From an uncultured Treponema sp. (GTDB taxonomy: Bacteria; Spirochaetota; Spirochaetia; Treponematales; Treponemataceae), in the NCBI GenBank assembly GCA_937916055.1, contig CALGHP010000065.1, positions 4,459-68,458 on the forward strand: 64,000 nucleotides of DNA, given 5' to 3'. This document shows, in pieces, positions 36,467-46,441 of the stretch. Position 1 is the first letter of the stretch. The number at the start of each line of letters is the position of its first letter. Made by a program: the position numbers and the translations under genes. The notes beneath the pieces were generated by a model that was given only the letters and a program-made list of their open reading frames with translations, was not told the DNA's origin and searched no databases.

Positions 36467-38362
36467 TCAGCTGAGCGTGTAGGTGTCGATTTCGTCCTCA
36501 AGCACCTGAATTCCGCTCAGATTCTTCTCCGAGGACTGCGCGATCGACTCCATCGATTCCTTTATCATCACAAGGCTGTCCGACATCTCCCTCATTTTTC
36601 CGTTTATCCTGCCGGATGTCTCGTTCATATTCCTCATCTTCTCGACTATCAGCCGGCCTTCCGCGAGCATTTCCTGCGAGCCTTCCTTTACGTTGTTCGT
36701 CGAGTCGCTTATGTTTTTCATCGCGTCCAGAACCTGCTGGTTCCCGGCCGACTGCTCCGTCATGGCGTTCATTATGACCTTCTCCTGGCTGCGGACGGTC
36801 TGGGCAAGCGAATATATGTTGTCGAACTGTTTCTGCACTTCCTTCGTGTTCTGCGAGACCTGCCCGATTGAGGCCGACAGGGACTTCAGGCTGTCGCTTA
36901 TGTTCCTGCTCTGCTTGCTTGACTGTTCCGCCAGTTTTCTGATTTCGTCCGCCACGACCGCGAATCCCTTTCCGGCCTCTCCCGCGTGCGCCGATTCTAT
37001 CGCGGCGTTCATCGCAAGAAGATTCGTCTTGGAGGCTATTTCCTGAATCATCGAGCTTGCCTCAAGGAGCGCGGCGGACTGGCTGATTATCTGTTCCGAC
37101 ATCGTCACCGCGTTTTCCACCGAGCGGCGGCCGTCATCGGATGCCTGTCCGAGCGAGTCAACGGATTCCGTGTTCCTCTCAAGGATTGACGTTACCTGCA
37201 TGATGTTCGCGACCATCTCCTCGACGGCGGCCGACGACTGGTTCACGCCGTCGGCCTGGGATTCTATGTCAACGTGGAGGCTCTGGATTTTCTCCATTAT
37301 CTGCTCCGCCGAGGCGTTGGCGCCGCTGATTTCCGCAGCCTGATCGTCAATCGCCGCCTGCACGTTTCCTATTCCTGACGTTATTCCGTTCAGCTTCTGC
37401 TCCGTGATTTCCATTTCTTCCGACAGGGTGTCTGCCGTCTGTTTCGTCGCACGGATTGAATTCCTGAAGTTGCTGAACAGTCCGCCCGCGACTCCGGTGA
37501 AGTGGTTTATGTCGGCCGCAAGAATTCCAAGCTCAGACCGCATTATCACCGGAATCTGAACATCGGCGTAGTTCTTGTTCGACAGCTTGTCCGTCGTGGT
37601 CATGATTTTCTCAAGCACGTACTTTATGTCGTGCGTCAGGATGTATATCGAGACAAGAGCCACGACCGCTATGAAGATTGCGGTCGGAGCGACCTTTGTC
37701 TTGAGCAGAACGGAGACTCCGAGGCGTTCATTGGCCGGAACATAGAAAATCGCCTCTATCATCATTATCACCGCGGCCAGACTGAAGAAGCACACAAGCA
37801 TGGTTCTTGCCGAAATGGTGAGGGTGAGGTTCTCCTTGTCGATGGGAAGCCACCCGAAGCTGTGCTCAAGGTCTTTCAGGAAGAGGATTCCGAATATCAG
37901 CGAGAATACGAACACAAGGCTCATCTGGAGCGAGAAGAAGAAGTACCAGTATTTTTCGGTTCCGAACGAGCTGAGCATGAAGCCGTTTCTGCCCACATTG
38001 AACGGCGTGAACGTCGATATGAGCACGTAGTATATTATTGAGGAGCCCATGGCTCCCATTTCCGCCCGCTTGACGGAGCGGTTGGTGTTGTGAAGGCTTT
38101 CCGTTGTGCCGTCGTATGCGCCGATTCTTCTCCTCAGAATTTTCCACAGTATGAACGGAGATGCCGTCACCACGCCCGCAAGCGCAAGCACCGGATAGTT
38201 GTGCCTGTACAGCAGCACAAGCTCCTGCATGGTGACTCCGTTCAGGAAAATGCAGAAGAATCCGTTCAGAAAGAACGGAACCGTATACATAAGGATTAGG
38301 TCCGCAAGACACCGCCCTGGAAGAGTTGCTCCGGCCGGCATTCTGTTTTCTTGGTCAGACAT
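36467..38362 (-). CDS. methyl-accepting chemotaxis protein, paralog of 16202..18076, multi-pass N-terminus
   Basis: Identical 34-aa signalling-tip block and the same architecture. SD GGAG lies 7 nt upstream. Confidence 0.9.
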   Translation of the reverse strand: MSDQENRMPAGATLPGRCLADLILMYTVPFFLNGFFCIFLNGVTMQELVLLYRHNYPVLALAGVVTASPFILWKILRRRIGAYDGTTESLHNTNRSVKRAEMGAMGSSIIYYVLISTFTPFNVGRNGFMLSSFGTEKYWYFFFSLQMSLVFVFSLIFGILFLKDLEHSFGWLPIDKENLTLTISARTMLVCFFSLAAVIMMIEAIFYVPANERLGVSVLLKTKVAPTAIFIAVVALVSIYILTHDIKYVLEKIMTTTDKLSNKNYADVQIPVIMRSELGILAADINHFTGVAGGLFSNFRNSIRATKQTADTLSEEMEITEQKLNGITSGIGNVQAAIDDQAAEISGANASAEQIMEKIQSLHVDIESQADGVNQSSAAVEEMVANIMQVTSILERNTESVDSLGQASDDGRRSVENAVTMSEQIISQSAALLEASSMIQEIASKTNLLAMNAAIESAHAGEAGKGFAVVADEIRKLAEQSSKQSRNISDSLKSLSASIGQVSQNTKEVQKQFDNIYSLAQTVRSQEKVIMNAMTEQSAGNQQVLDAMKNISDSTNNVKEGSQEMLAEGRLIVEKMRNMNETSGRINGKMREMSDSLVMIKESMESIAQSSEKNLSGIQVLEDEIDTYTLS

Positions 38363-38455
38363 TGTAGACTCCGGATAAGATGAATTCTCCGCCGCTTAGA
38401 CGGAATCAGCATACAATCTATAACTTTTCTGTAGTTATTGCAAATTCCTCTGCGA

Positions 38456-38483
38456 TTGAAAACATGATGAAAATGGCTATAAT
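38456..38483 (+). promoter_or_regulatory. sigma70-type promoter TTGAAA-16-TATAAT, 7 nt upstream of the queA ATG
   Basis: Hexamers at 38456-38461 and 38478-38483, then GTCACAC-ATG. No SD. Confidence 0.6.
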
Positions 38484-38490
38484 GTCACAC

Positions 38491-39531
38491 ATGCTTACAT
38501 CTGACTTTTATTTTGACCTGCCGCAGGAGCTTGTGGCGCAGCATCCTTCCGGAGTGCGCGGAGAGGACAGGCTGATGCTGCTCGGCCGTTCTTCTGGCGC
38601 CGTCAGTGACTATATGATGGATGATCTTCCGGATCTTGTGGACAGCGGAACACTGATGGTGTTCAACAACTCAAGGGTGAGGCGCGCGCGCGTCTACGGC
38701 ATAAAGGAGACGACCGGAAGACAGACCGAATTCATGTTCCTGAACAGGACGGATCCGCAGGGATATGTATGGAACACGATGGTCAGATCGGCGAAGAAGC
38801 AGAAGCCGGGAATGCGCTATTCGTTTCCGGACGGATCGGTCGGCGTGATAGAGGACGTGCCGGAGAATGCGGACACCGAATTCCGTTCGCTGCGTTTCGG
38901 GCGGCCCGTGGGCGAGGACTGGTTCGAGAGGAACGGACATATTCCGCTTCCGCCCTACATAAAGCGTGAGGACGGCGAGGAGGACAGCGAGCGCTATCAG
39001 AACGTCTATGCGAGGGAGACAGGAAGCGCGGCCTGTCCCACTGCCGGACTCCATTTTACGGACAGTATGCTCGCTCGTCTTGACAGGAAGGGAATCGGCA
39101 GGGCGTTCGTCACTCTCCACGTGGGGCTTGGGACATTTCTTCCCGTCAGGGAGGAGAACATAGAGAATCACCGTATGCACAGCGAGAGCTACACCGTGCC
39201 GGCGGAGACTGCCGAGGCGGTGAACCGAGCAAGGCGGGAGGGAAGGCCTGTCCTTGCGGTAGGTACCACCTCCGTAAGGACGCTTGAGTCGGCGGCTTCG
39301 GATGACGGGACCGTAAGGAGCGGAAGCTCCGACACCCATATATTCATGTATCCTGGCTATGAATTCAAGGTCGTGGATCAGATGTTCACGAATTTCCACA
39401 CGCCTGAAAGCACGCTGATAATGCTTGTCAGCGCGTTCGCCGGCAGGGAGAACATTCTCGGAGCCTACAGGTCCGCCGTAGAGAAGCGGTACCGGTTTTT
39501 CAGCTACGGCGACTGTATGCTGATAAAATAG
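38491..39531 (+). CDS. queA: S-adenosylmethionine:tRNA ribosyltransferase-isomerase
   Basis: N-terminus MLTSDFYFDLPQELVAQHP matches the QueA family N-terminus. C-terminus FFSYGDCMLI. Confidence 0.92.
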   Translation: MLTSDFYFDLPQELVAQHPSGVRGEDRLMLLGRSSGAVSDYMMDDLPDLVDSGTLMVFNNSRVRRARVYGIKETTGRQTEFMFLNRTDPQGYVWNTMVRSAKKQKPGMRYSFPDGSVGVIEDVPENADTEFRSLRFGRPVGEDWFERNGHIPLPPYIKREDGEEDSERYQNVYARETGSAACPTAGLHFTDSMLARLDRKGIGRAFVTLHVGLGTFLPVREENIENHRMHSESYTVPAETAEAVNRARREGRPVLAVGTTSVRTLESAASDDGTVRSGSSDTHIFMYPGYEFKVVDQMFTNFHTPESTLIMLVSAFAGRENILGAYRSAVEKRYRFFSYGDCMLIK

Positions 39532-39534
39532 GAT

Positions 39535-40332
39535 TCAGGTCAGCTGCTCGAACGAATATCTTGTCAGATTGAAGAACTGCTGCCGCACGACGTCGCTTAT
39601 CATCTGGTCCGCGGCGGCCTTCTGGAATTCCGCCTTTACCGCGGACTGTATATCCGATACGCTTTTCTGTGTCAGCGGAATCCTTTTTCCTATAAGGCTG
39701 TTCTCAAGCTCCCTGCTTCTGAACGTGAACGGTCCGGCGAAGGTGAGCCTCACGCTGCTGAGGCTGTTTTTTTCCATTCCGGCAAGAAACGCGAACGACG
39801 CGGACTGGGCGGTTATGCTGTGCTCAGGTCCTATTCTCTTGAATACGGATATGTCCGCATCCGGATACGGAATCCTGACGTTTGAGAGTATGAATCCGTC
39901 CGGAATCCGCATGTTTCCGGAGAAAGGCTCGTAGAGCGTGTCGGACTGGTTCCTGAATTCAAGCCGTGTGTCAAGCGCCATCAGCGGAGCGCACAGCGTC
40001 AGCTTGTGGCCTTCGGCGCAGATGTTTCCTCCGACGGTAGCCATGTTCCTTACGGCCGGATTCGCGATGCTTCTGAGCGCGTCATACAGAACCTGCGGAA
40101 GATGGTTCTGTCCAAGCTCCAGCAGCTGTGAGAGTGTCGTGCCGGCTCCCACGTCAAGATAACGCTCGTGGCGGACTATCTGGGACAGTTCCTTTATTCC
40201 GTGCGTGGAGATTGATTTTTCCGGCAGCTCATGGAGCCTGGTGCATCCTCCTACAATGCGTATGTCCTTTATCGTCTTGAGCTGGTACAGCAGTTCCGTC
40301 ATGTTCTTTGCGAAGAAAACTGATTTTCCCAT
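39535..40332 (-). CDS. FAD-binding subunit of xanthine dehydrogenase/CO dehydrogenase family (CoxM/XdhB-like)
   Basis: RIVGGCTRL...LDVGAGTTLSQL...VRNMATVGGNI pattern of the molybdopterin-dehydrogenase FAD-binding domain. Confidence 0.8.
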   Translation of the reverse strand: MGKSVFFAKNMTELLYQLKTIKDIRIVGGCTRLHELPEKSISTHGIKELSQIVRHERYLDVGAGTTLSQLLELGQNHLPQVLYDALRSIANPAVRNMATVGGNICAEGHKLTLCAPLMALDTRLEFRNQSDTLYEPFSGNMRIPDGFILSNVRIPYPDADISVFKRIGPEHSITAQSASFAFLAGMEKNSLSSVRLTFAGPFTFRSRELENSLIGKRIPLTQKSVSDIQSAVKAEFQKAAADQMISDVVRQQFFNLTRYSFEQLT

Positions 40333-40333
40333 C

Positions 40334-40858
40334 TTATCTGAAATTCTCCTGTGCGCGTGATTTCATGTCATGCCGTTCCTGGAGATGTCTTCCTGTCCTT
40401 CTGCTGTGCACGGCGAGGGCGAACAGAATTCCGGACACAAGCGTCTCCGTGTCCGTGCAGCATGGCGCAAGCTGCCTGACCTGTTCCGTGATTTCCTTTT
40501 TTGATGGAATCCTGTGCATACGGAGGATTTCGCAGGCGGTGAATATCTTGCCGGCATCACAGTAGCCGCACAGCCTTATGCCGGCCCTTGCGAATCCGTC
40601 CGCTATGTCCCTGTATTCGTCCGTTGCGGAAAACGACTCCAGCGTCTCTATCTCGGAATCCCTGACTATGGCCGTGGGAATTCTGCATGATGCGACTGGC
40701 TTTCCGTCAAGAAGAACCATGCAGGAGCCGCAGAACCCCTTGCCGCACCCGCATTTTACGGATATGCAGGAATTCCTTCTTAGGACATCCATGAGCGGCT
40801 CGTCCGGCTGGGCCTCGAAAATCATTTTCTGCCGGTTTAAGGTCACAGGAATCTTCAT
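40334..40858 (-). CDS. [2Fe-2S]-binding subunit of xanthine dehydrogenase family (CoxS-like)
   Basis: First cluster CGCGKGFCGSC...SC. Second cluster region CGYCDAG...CC. Confidence 0.85.
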   Translation of the reverse strand: MKIPVTLNRQKMIFEAQPDEPLMDVLRRNSCISVKCGCGKGFCGSCMVLLDGKPVASCRIPTAIVRDSEIETLESFSATDEYRDIADGFARAGIRLCGYCDAGKIFTACEILRMHRIPSKKEITEQVRQLAPCCTDTETLVSGILFALAVHSRRTGRHLQERHDMKSRAQENFR

Positions 40859-43116
40859 TTTGTCTTGTCTCCCGGTGCCGGATTATCGTCTCCGGTCTCC
40901 CTCTGCTTCATCAGGTTGAATATCTGGGTCTCCGTGCATGGAAGCTCTGTGAGTCTGGTAGCAAGCGCGAGCGACAGGGCCGATGCGAATGCGGCCGGAA
41001 CGGTATTGTGGACAAGGTTGTTCAGCTGTCCGGACCTGTTCTTTGACTGGACGAACATGATGGCGCAGCTGTCGCACGGTACGGTCTTGCCGCTCACAAG
41101 CGCCGTAAGTTCCTGCTGGAGCTCAAGCCTTATTGTCTTTCTCGCCGCCGCCTCGTCCAGAATTTCTCCGCAGTCTATCGTAATCCATATTCCCTTTATC
41201 CGCTCGCTGTATGTGTAGGTGTCAAGCTCTACCTCCACCGCCGCGGATGCGAAAGACATCGTCGTGTACGGTTCTCCGCAGAAATCTCCTTTTTTCCATT
41301 TGCGTGCGGCGGAAGATGAAAGTCCCTTTTTCGCCGTTATGGGAAGCGGCTGGTGGAATCGTTTCCGCTGTATTTCCGCGCAGCATCTTTTCACAAGCTG
41401 GTTCATCACTGCGATGTTGTTGTCGGAGGATTCGGGATATTCGGGCAGCTCGTCTGCGAAGAATTCCGAATCGACCGTTATGTTGTCCTTTCCGATCTGA
41501 AGAGTCTCGGCCGCCGTATTCTTCCATATCTCCTGGACATCGTCCGACGGCCTTGCAGCCTTTATAATCAGCGTCTCGTCGGCCATCAGCGTGATCTCCA
41601 TCTTTCTGTCCGGCGTGAAGACCGTGTCTCCCAGATAGCCAGAAGTGTTGAACGCGCTCGCGATTCCTATTCCTCTGAGCGGAAGCGCGAAGAACGGATT
41701 GCTGTCCTTCATCGTCCTGTTCACGGCATCCATCCTGAACGAGGTGTATTTCCTGTTGAAGTCGCTTGCCCTTATGGTCTCCGATAGCGTCTCTCCGTGC
41801 TTTCCGAGATGGAATGTGAACGGAAAATCATGGTTTCCTGTATCCGCGCTGTTGACCGCCCTGATGTCGTCCGGGAACACATTTGTTTTTCCGCACAGCT
41901 GCTTCATGTGGCTTTCCACTGCGAACAGCGTCTGCGCCTCGGTGTTCTTTACCGATATGGATGTGGGCGGATTCTTTGACTTCCGCGCCGTCGCCCTTAT
42001 GCGCATGTTCTCCGGTCTGTAGTAACCGCAGGCTGTAAGCGCCATCCTGTCCACGAGCTCCTGGGCGAACGGATTTCCGGCTCCGATGTCGATGTCAATC
42101 TTTATGTCCATCGCCCTGATTTTTCCTGACGGAAGGACAGCGGTTCTGTGCGAGATGACCGCAGGCGTGTCCGGAGACAGGTATCTGTCCTCCTCTTTAT
42201 GCGAAAGCATCAGCCGCACCGGTTTCTTTGACAGGAACGAGGCCACCGCGGTCTGAACCGCCAGCATGTCAGTCCTCCATAATCCTCCCTGAAGGTTTCC
42301 TGACGATTTTGTCTTGTGTATGAAAACATTCTCCGTGTCTATGCCTAGAATCTCCGTGATGTTTCTGTGCAGAAGTCCGGTCCATTTTGTGGGGCTGAAC
42401 ACGTGGAGCTGCTTGCCGTCCAGGTAGCAGAATGCGCCTTCGGTCTCCTTCCATTGGGGATTGCTTGTACGCTGCCTCCATTCGCCGGATACGGTCATCA
42501 TGTCTTTGCTGAAAAGCTCCTTCTCCGCCTCCGCGGTGCTTTTCTGCGCATAAAGTCCCGATCTGATTTCCCTTTCGGCCGCCGGAGTCTCCGCGCTGCT
42601 GTCATAGAATTCAGGATCCGCATCAAGCGGCGGCAGGCTGTTTATTTCCGTTATGAATTCGGAGAATTCCGTCCTCTCCTGAGGAAATTCCGGCTGCTCA
42701 GGAGCCATCAGAAGCGGCTTTTTCTGCCGTTCCATGATTCTTTTCAGGGCGGTCTCAAAATTCTCCACATCGAACGATATTTTCACCCTGTCCAGCAGCT
42801 CAAGGACAGTGGCCTTGTCGGGCCCCACGAGAATTCCCAGCGGCTCACCTGTGTATTCCGCCTGTCCGCATCCGAACACAGGCCAGAGCGAGCCTTTTAT
42901 GTCCATGCACTTCGCTCCGGGAATGTCGTCCGCCGTGAAGAGCCTGTATCCGTCCGGAAGATTCTGCGCCTGTATGCCGGTTATTTTTCCTGATGCGGCG
43001 GGACTTCTTACTAGCGCCGCGAAAAGAGTTCCGTCCCTGCCGTAGTCGCTCAGAAAATTCTCGGCGCATAGCGAGCGTTTCTGCCTTTCTCCGGTGATTT
43101 TCCTTTTTCTAGGCAT
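40855..43116 (-). CDS. xanthine dehydrogenase/aldehyde oxidase-family large subunit homolog, apparently divergent in the Moco-binding motifs
   Basis: N-terminal a/b-hammerhead-like region (LFAALVRSPAASGKI...YTGEPLGILVG). Family-like length and order. ATGA overlap with the next gene. See findings for motif divergence. Confidence 0.75.
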   Translation of the reverse strand: MPRKRKITGERQKRSLCAENFLSDYGRDGTLFAALVRSPAASGKITGIQAQNLPDGYRLFTADDIPGAKCMDIKGSLWPVFGCGQAEYTGEPLGILVGPDKATVLELLDRVKISFDVENFETALKRIMERQKKPLLMAPEQPEFPQERTEFSEFITEINSLPPLDADPEFYDSSAETPAAEREIRSGLYAQKSTAEAEKELFSKDMMTVSGEWRQRTSNPQWKETEGAFCYLDGKQLHVFSPTKWTGLLHRNITEILGIDTENVFIHKTKSSGNLQGGLWRTDMLAVQTAVASFLSKKPVRLMLSHKEEDRYLSPDTPAVISHRTAVLPSGKIRAMDIKIDIDIGAGNPFAQELVDRMALTACGYYRPENMRIRATARKSKNPPTSISVKNTEAQTLFAVESHMKQLCGKTNVFPDDIRAVNSADTGNHDFPFTFHLGKHGETLSETIRASDFNRKYTSFRMDAVNRTMKDSNPFFALPLRGIGIASAFNTSGYLGDTVFTPDRKMEITLMADETLIIKAARPSDDVQEIWKNTAAETLQIGKDNITVDSEFFADELPEYPESSDNNIAVMNQLVKRCCAEIQRKRFHQPLPITAKKGLSSSAARKWKKGDFCGEPYTTMSFASAAVEVELDTYTYSERIKGIWITIDCGEILDEAAARKTIRLELQQELTALVSGKTVPCDSCAIMFVQSKNRSGQLNNLVHNTVPAAFASALSLALATRLTELPCTETQIFNLMKQRETGDDNPAPGDKTK

Positions 43117-44353
43117 GGTTTTCCTTTCCTATGCGTGCTACCGTCTCGATCACAAGATCCGAATCGCTGTCCGTCATGTCCGGCCAGATCGGGATTGATA
43201 TTGTCCGTGAATACTGACGCTCCGCGTTCGGAAAATTCTCCGCGGTAAAGTCCGGATAAAGCGCCTTCCAGTAGCTGAAATGGAAGAGCGGAATGAAATG
43301 CACGGAAATCCCGATTCCTGCCTGCTGGAGCTTTCCGGCGAATTCCTGCCTTGAGATGCGCAGCTTTTCAGGCACGAGCCTCAGAAGATACAGATGCCAT
43401 GAATTTCCCTGTCCGTCGGGCGGCAGGCTGACAAAATCCATACCGGAGAAGGCCCTGTTGTATTTTTCGGCGGTGGCTTTTCTTCTGCTGTGGAAGCGCT
43501 CCGCACGCTCAAGCTGGCAGATTCCGATTGCCGAGAGGATGTCGGGCAGATTGAATTTGTAGCCCGGAGCCACGATGTCATATTCCCATGACGCGCGAGG
43601 AGACGTGTATCTGTCCCAGGTCGTTCTGTCCATTCCGTGCATCCGCATTGTCTCCATGCGGCGCGCCAGCTCCGGATTTCTTGTGCAGACCATTCCGCCT
43701 TCGGCAGTTGTGATTGTCTTTGTCGCGTAGAATGAGAATACCCCTGCGTCTCCGACTGTTCCCGCATATCCCAGGGAAGTCGGGGAGGGAAACGCGTGGG
43801 CGGCATCCTCAATGACCGCCGCCCCGTGTTTTTTCGCGGCGGCGCAGATTCTGTCCATCCGGCAGACGTTTCCTCCGACATGCACAGGAACTACGGCCGC
43901 GATTTTGTGTCCGGTGTCATTGCTGAGAATTCTTTCTATGCTGCCGGGATCTATGCTGTAGCTGTCCTTTTCTATGTCGGCGAAAACCACGTCCGCTCCC
44001 AGATGGCGGGCGCAGGCTGCCGTCGATACAAAGGTGTATGGTGTCGTCAGCACTGATTTTCCGGGGCCGACACCGCAGGCTTCCATCGCGAGCAGCATTC
44101 CGCTGGTGTTGCTGTTTACGGCAAGGCTTTTGACAGGCGCGTCCGTCAGACCGATGGATTTTCTTGCCGTCCTCACGGATTCTGTCGCGCCTCCGTCCTT
44201 CTCGGTCACCGCCTCGGAGAATTTCCTTTCAAATTCAAGCGTCCTCTTGCCTGTCGTGAGCCATCCTGAGCGGAGGACGTCAAGAACGGCATTCTCCTCA
44301 GCCTCTGTTATTGATGCCCTGTGGAAGGGAACTCTGATTTTATCTTCTGCCAT
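43109..44353 (-). CDS. DegT/DnrJ/EryC1/StrS-family (PglE/PseC-like) nucleotide-sugar aminotransferase
   Basis: VPFHRASITEAEENAVLDVLRSGWLTTG N-terminus and FSFYATKTITTAEGG PLP-Lys region. ATG at 44353, with GGAG 7 nt upstream. Confidence 0.88.
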   Translation of the reverse strand: MAEDKIRVPFHRASITEAEENAVLDVLRSGWLTTGKRTLEFERKFSEAVTEKDGGATESVRTARKSIGLTDAPVKSLAVNSNTSGMLLAMEACGVGPGKSVLTTPYTFVSTAACARHLGADVVFADIEKDSYSIDPGSIERILSNDTGHKIAAVVPVHVGGNVCRMDRICAAAKKHGAAVIEDAAHAFPSPTSLGYAGTVGDAGVFSFYATKTITTAEGGMVCTRNPELARRMETMRMHGMDRTTWDRYTSPRASWEYDIVAPGYKFNLPDILSAIGICQLERAERFHSRRKATAEKYNRAFSGMDFVSLPPDGQGNSWHLYLLRLVPEKLRISRQEFAGKLQQAGIGISVHFIPLFHFSYWKALYPDFTAENFPNAERQYSRTISIPIWPDMTDSDSDLVIETVARIGKENHA

Positions 44354-44382
44354 AAAATGCTCCGTAAAAACACATTTATCTG

Positions 44383-45903
44383 TCACAGCAGGTCGGTTCT
44401 CTGCTGCCCGTCATTTCCGCACAGACCGTAGAATTCCTCCAGCGAGGGAAATTCCCTACGCAGAACAGCCAGAAGATGGTTCTTGTTGCGGTAAAAGTCT
44501 TCCTTTCCTGCAACGGATCTGCATACAGGCTCAAGCTCGGAGAGAATTCCTCCGAGCTTCTCGGCCGCGACGGGATGATTCTCAAGGCGGAGAATTTTCG
44601 GATATTCGGTCGGCACGGGATGTTCTGATTCCAGCCATAGCGGTTCGGTAAGTCTTTCACCTTTTCTCGCCCCGACAATCTTTATGTCGATGTCGCGGTA
44701 AGGTTCAAGACCACTGAATTTTATAATCTGCTCGGCAAGCTCAAGAATATTCAGCGGCTCTCCCATGTCAAGAAGGTAGGATGCTCCGTTTTTCCCCATG
44801 CCCCCGGTCTGAAGCACAAGCGAGCAGGCTTCCGGAATCGTCATGAAGAAACGCTCCATCCGTCTGTCCGTCACGGTCACCGGACCTCCGTTCTTTATCT
44901 GCTCCATGAAAAGCGGCAGGATGGAGCCTCTTGAGCCGAGAACATTCCCGAACCTGACGAACATTATCGCCTGATTTCCGTGCGCTTTTGCGGCGGCATC
45001 CAGAACGAGCTTCTCGCACAGCAGCTTGGACACTCCATATACAGATACCGGGCTTACCGCCTTGTCCGTTGAGATCAGTACGAAACGCTCCGTTCCGTGC
45101 CTCACGGCCGCATCAAGCAGATTCTTTGTTCCGAACACGTTGTTCTCAACCGCCGCGACCGGATTCTCCTCCATCATCGGAACATGCTTATATGCTGCGC
45201 AGTGGAATATGACATCGCATCTTGTTTTTTCTATTATGTAGTCCGTGTAGCTGCGGTCCTTCATGTCCCCGATTATCGGGACGATGGAGGCTTTCTCGCC
45301 GACCCCCTCAGCCTGGAGAACCCGCAGCTCCCGGAATATTCCGCAGATTGAATTCTCGCCGTGCCCGAACAGATACAGCCGTTCCGCGCCGCCGGAAAGA
45401 AGCTGTCTCGCAAGCTCCGATCCGATCGAGCCTCCGGCGCCGGTTATGAGGACACGCTTTCCGCGCAGATATGACAGGCTTTCCTTTAGGGGAATCGTAA
45501 TCTGCGTGCGGCCGAGAATATCAAGCGGATCAATTTCCCTTGCCTGTACAAAATGTGCGGTTCCGTCTATGACCTGGCTTATTCCCGGAAGTATTTTTAT
45601 ATGGGAGAACCTGTTCTTCCTGAGCACGTCGTAGATTTCCCTTATGCGTTCGACCGGAGCGCTTGGTATCGCGATTATCGCCTCGTCCGTCTCGGAATTC
45701 CTCAGAATGTTGGCGATGTTGTCTATCGGTCCCAGCACCGGAATTCCGTCCGCCTCCGTGCCTATAAGCGACTTGTCGTCGTCAAGAAACGCGGCGACCC
45801 TGCCGAACACTTTCTTCCTTTTTATGTCATCGGCTATCGTCTGTCCGGCGAATCCTGCTCCTATGATGTAGACATTCTTTTCCATAATAAGGCCGTTTTC
45901 CAT
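44383..45903 (-). CDS. CapD/PglF-like nucleotide-sugar 4,6-dehydratase (soluble form, no N-terminal TM segments)
   Basis: Rossmann VLITGAGGSIGSEL. YGVSK catalytic Tyr-x3-Lys. Extra N-terminal Rossmann-like domain (VYIIGAGFAG). Confidence 0.88.
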   Translation of the reverse strand: MENGLIMEKNVYIIGAGFAGQTIADDIKRKKVFGRVAAFLDDDKSLIGTEADGIPVLGPIDNIANILRNSETDEAIIAIPSAPVERIREIYDVLRKNRFSHIKILPGISQVIDGTAHFVQAREIDPLDILGRTQITIPLKESLSYLRGKRVLITGAGGSIGSELARQLLSGGAERLYLFGHGENSICGIFRELRVLQAEGVGEKASIVPIIGDMKDRSYTDYIIEKTRCDVIFHCAAYKHVPMMEENPVAAVENNVFGTKNLLDAAVRHGTERFVLISTDKAVSPVSVYGVSKLLCEKLVLDAAAKAHGNQAIMFVRFGNVLGSRGSILPLFMEQIKNGGPVTVTDRRMERFFMTIPEACSLVLQTGGMGKNGASYLLDMGEPLNILELAEQIIKFSGLEPYRDIDIKIVGARKGERLTEPLWLESEHPVPTEYPKILRLENHPVAAEKLGGILSELEPVCRSVAGKEDFYRNKNHLLAVLRREFPSLEEFYGLCGNDGQQRTDLL

Positions 45904-45910
45904 ATTCAAG

Positions 45911-46441
45911 TTATTTTTCCGGGATTTTCTCTATTTCCTCATAGGACAGATCGACTGTCATGTCGGAGTCCTGGAACGTGAAGCGGATTTTTACGCGTCT
46001 CTTGCGCCTGTCCACTTTTATTATGTTTCCCTCAAGTCCGTGCAGCGGCCCGGACGCTATTCTTATCCTGTTGTTCTCGTCGAACGAGGCTTTTGATACA
46101 TCCATCACTGATCCGAATTCAAGAAAATGACCGAGGAGGGCAAGGTCACGTCCCGAAATCTCCTCCCGCTCCAGATTGTTCGGAAGAAAACGCTGGAAAT
46201 ATTTGAGCCGGCTTATCATTCCGCACAGACAGTCTCCCATCCTTTCCTGGAACTCAAAAAACACATATCCGGGAAACACAGGCTGAAGCTCGCACATTGT
46301 CTTTCCCTGCCTCCGGATTATCATTTTCCGCTGGAGATAGATTGTCCTTCCCGCTATGTCCTGCATCCTGACAAGCTCATCTGCAAGCTGCGAGAATTTC
46401 TGCTCGTTGCGCGAGCTTATCTGTGCGGCATAATAAAACAT
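45911..46441 (-). CDS. specialised NusG paralog (RfaH/UpxY/LoaP-like transcription antiterminator)
   Basis: NGN-like start MFYYAAQISSRNEQK and C-terminal KOW (GPLHGLEGNIIKVDRRKRRVKIRF). First gene of a polysaccharide-type operon. ATG at 46441 (the listed 46477 is TTG). Confidence 0.7.
   Translation of the reverse strand: MFYYAAQISSRNEQKFSQLADELVRMQDIAGRTIYLQRKMIIRRQGKTMCELQPVFPGYVFFEFQERMGDCLCGMISRLKYFQRFLPNNLEREEISGRDLALLGHFLEFGSVMDVSKASFDENNRIRIASGPLHGLEGNIIKVDRRKRRVKIRFTFQDSDMTVDLSYEEIEKIPEK

Noticed and set aside
39532-39534. Only 3 bp separate the stops of convergent queA and the XDH-family FAD subunit gene, with no terminator
   Set aside because: Noted as unusual, but there is nothing further to interpret from sequence alone. 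Termination may occur within the opposing genes.
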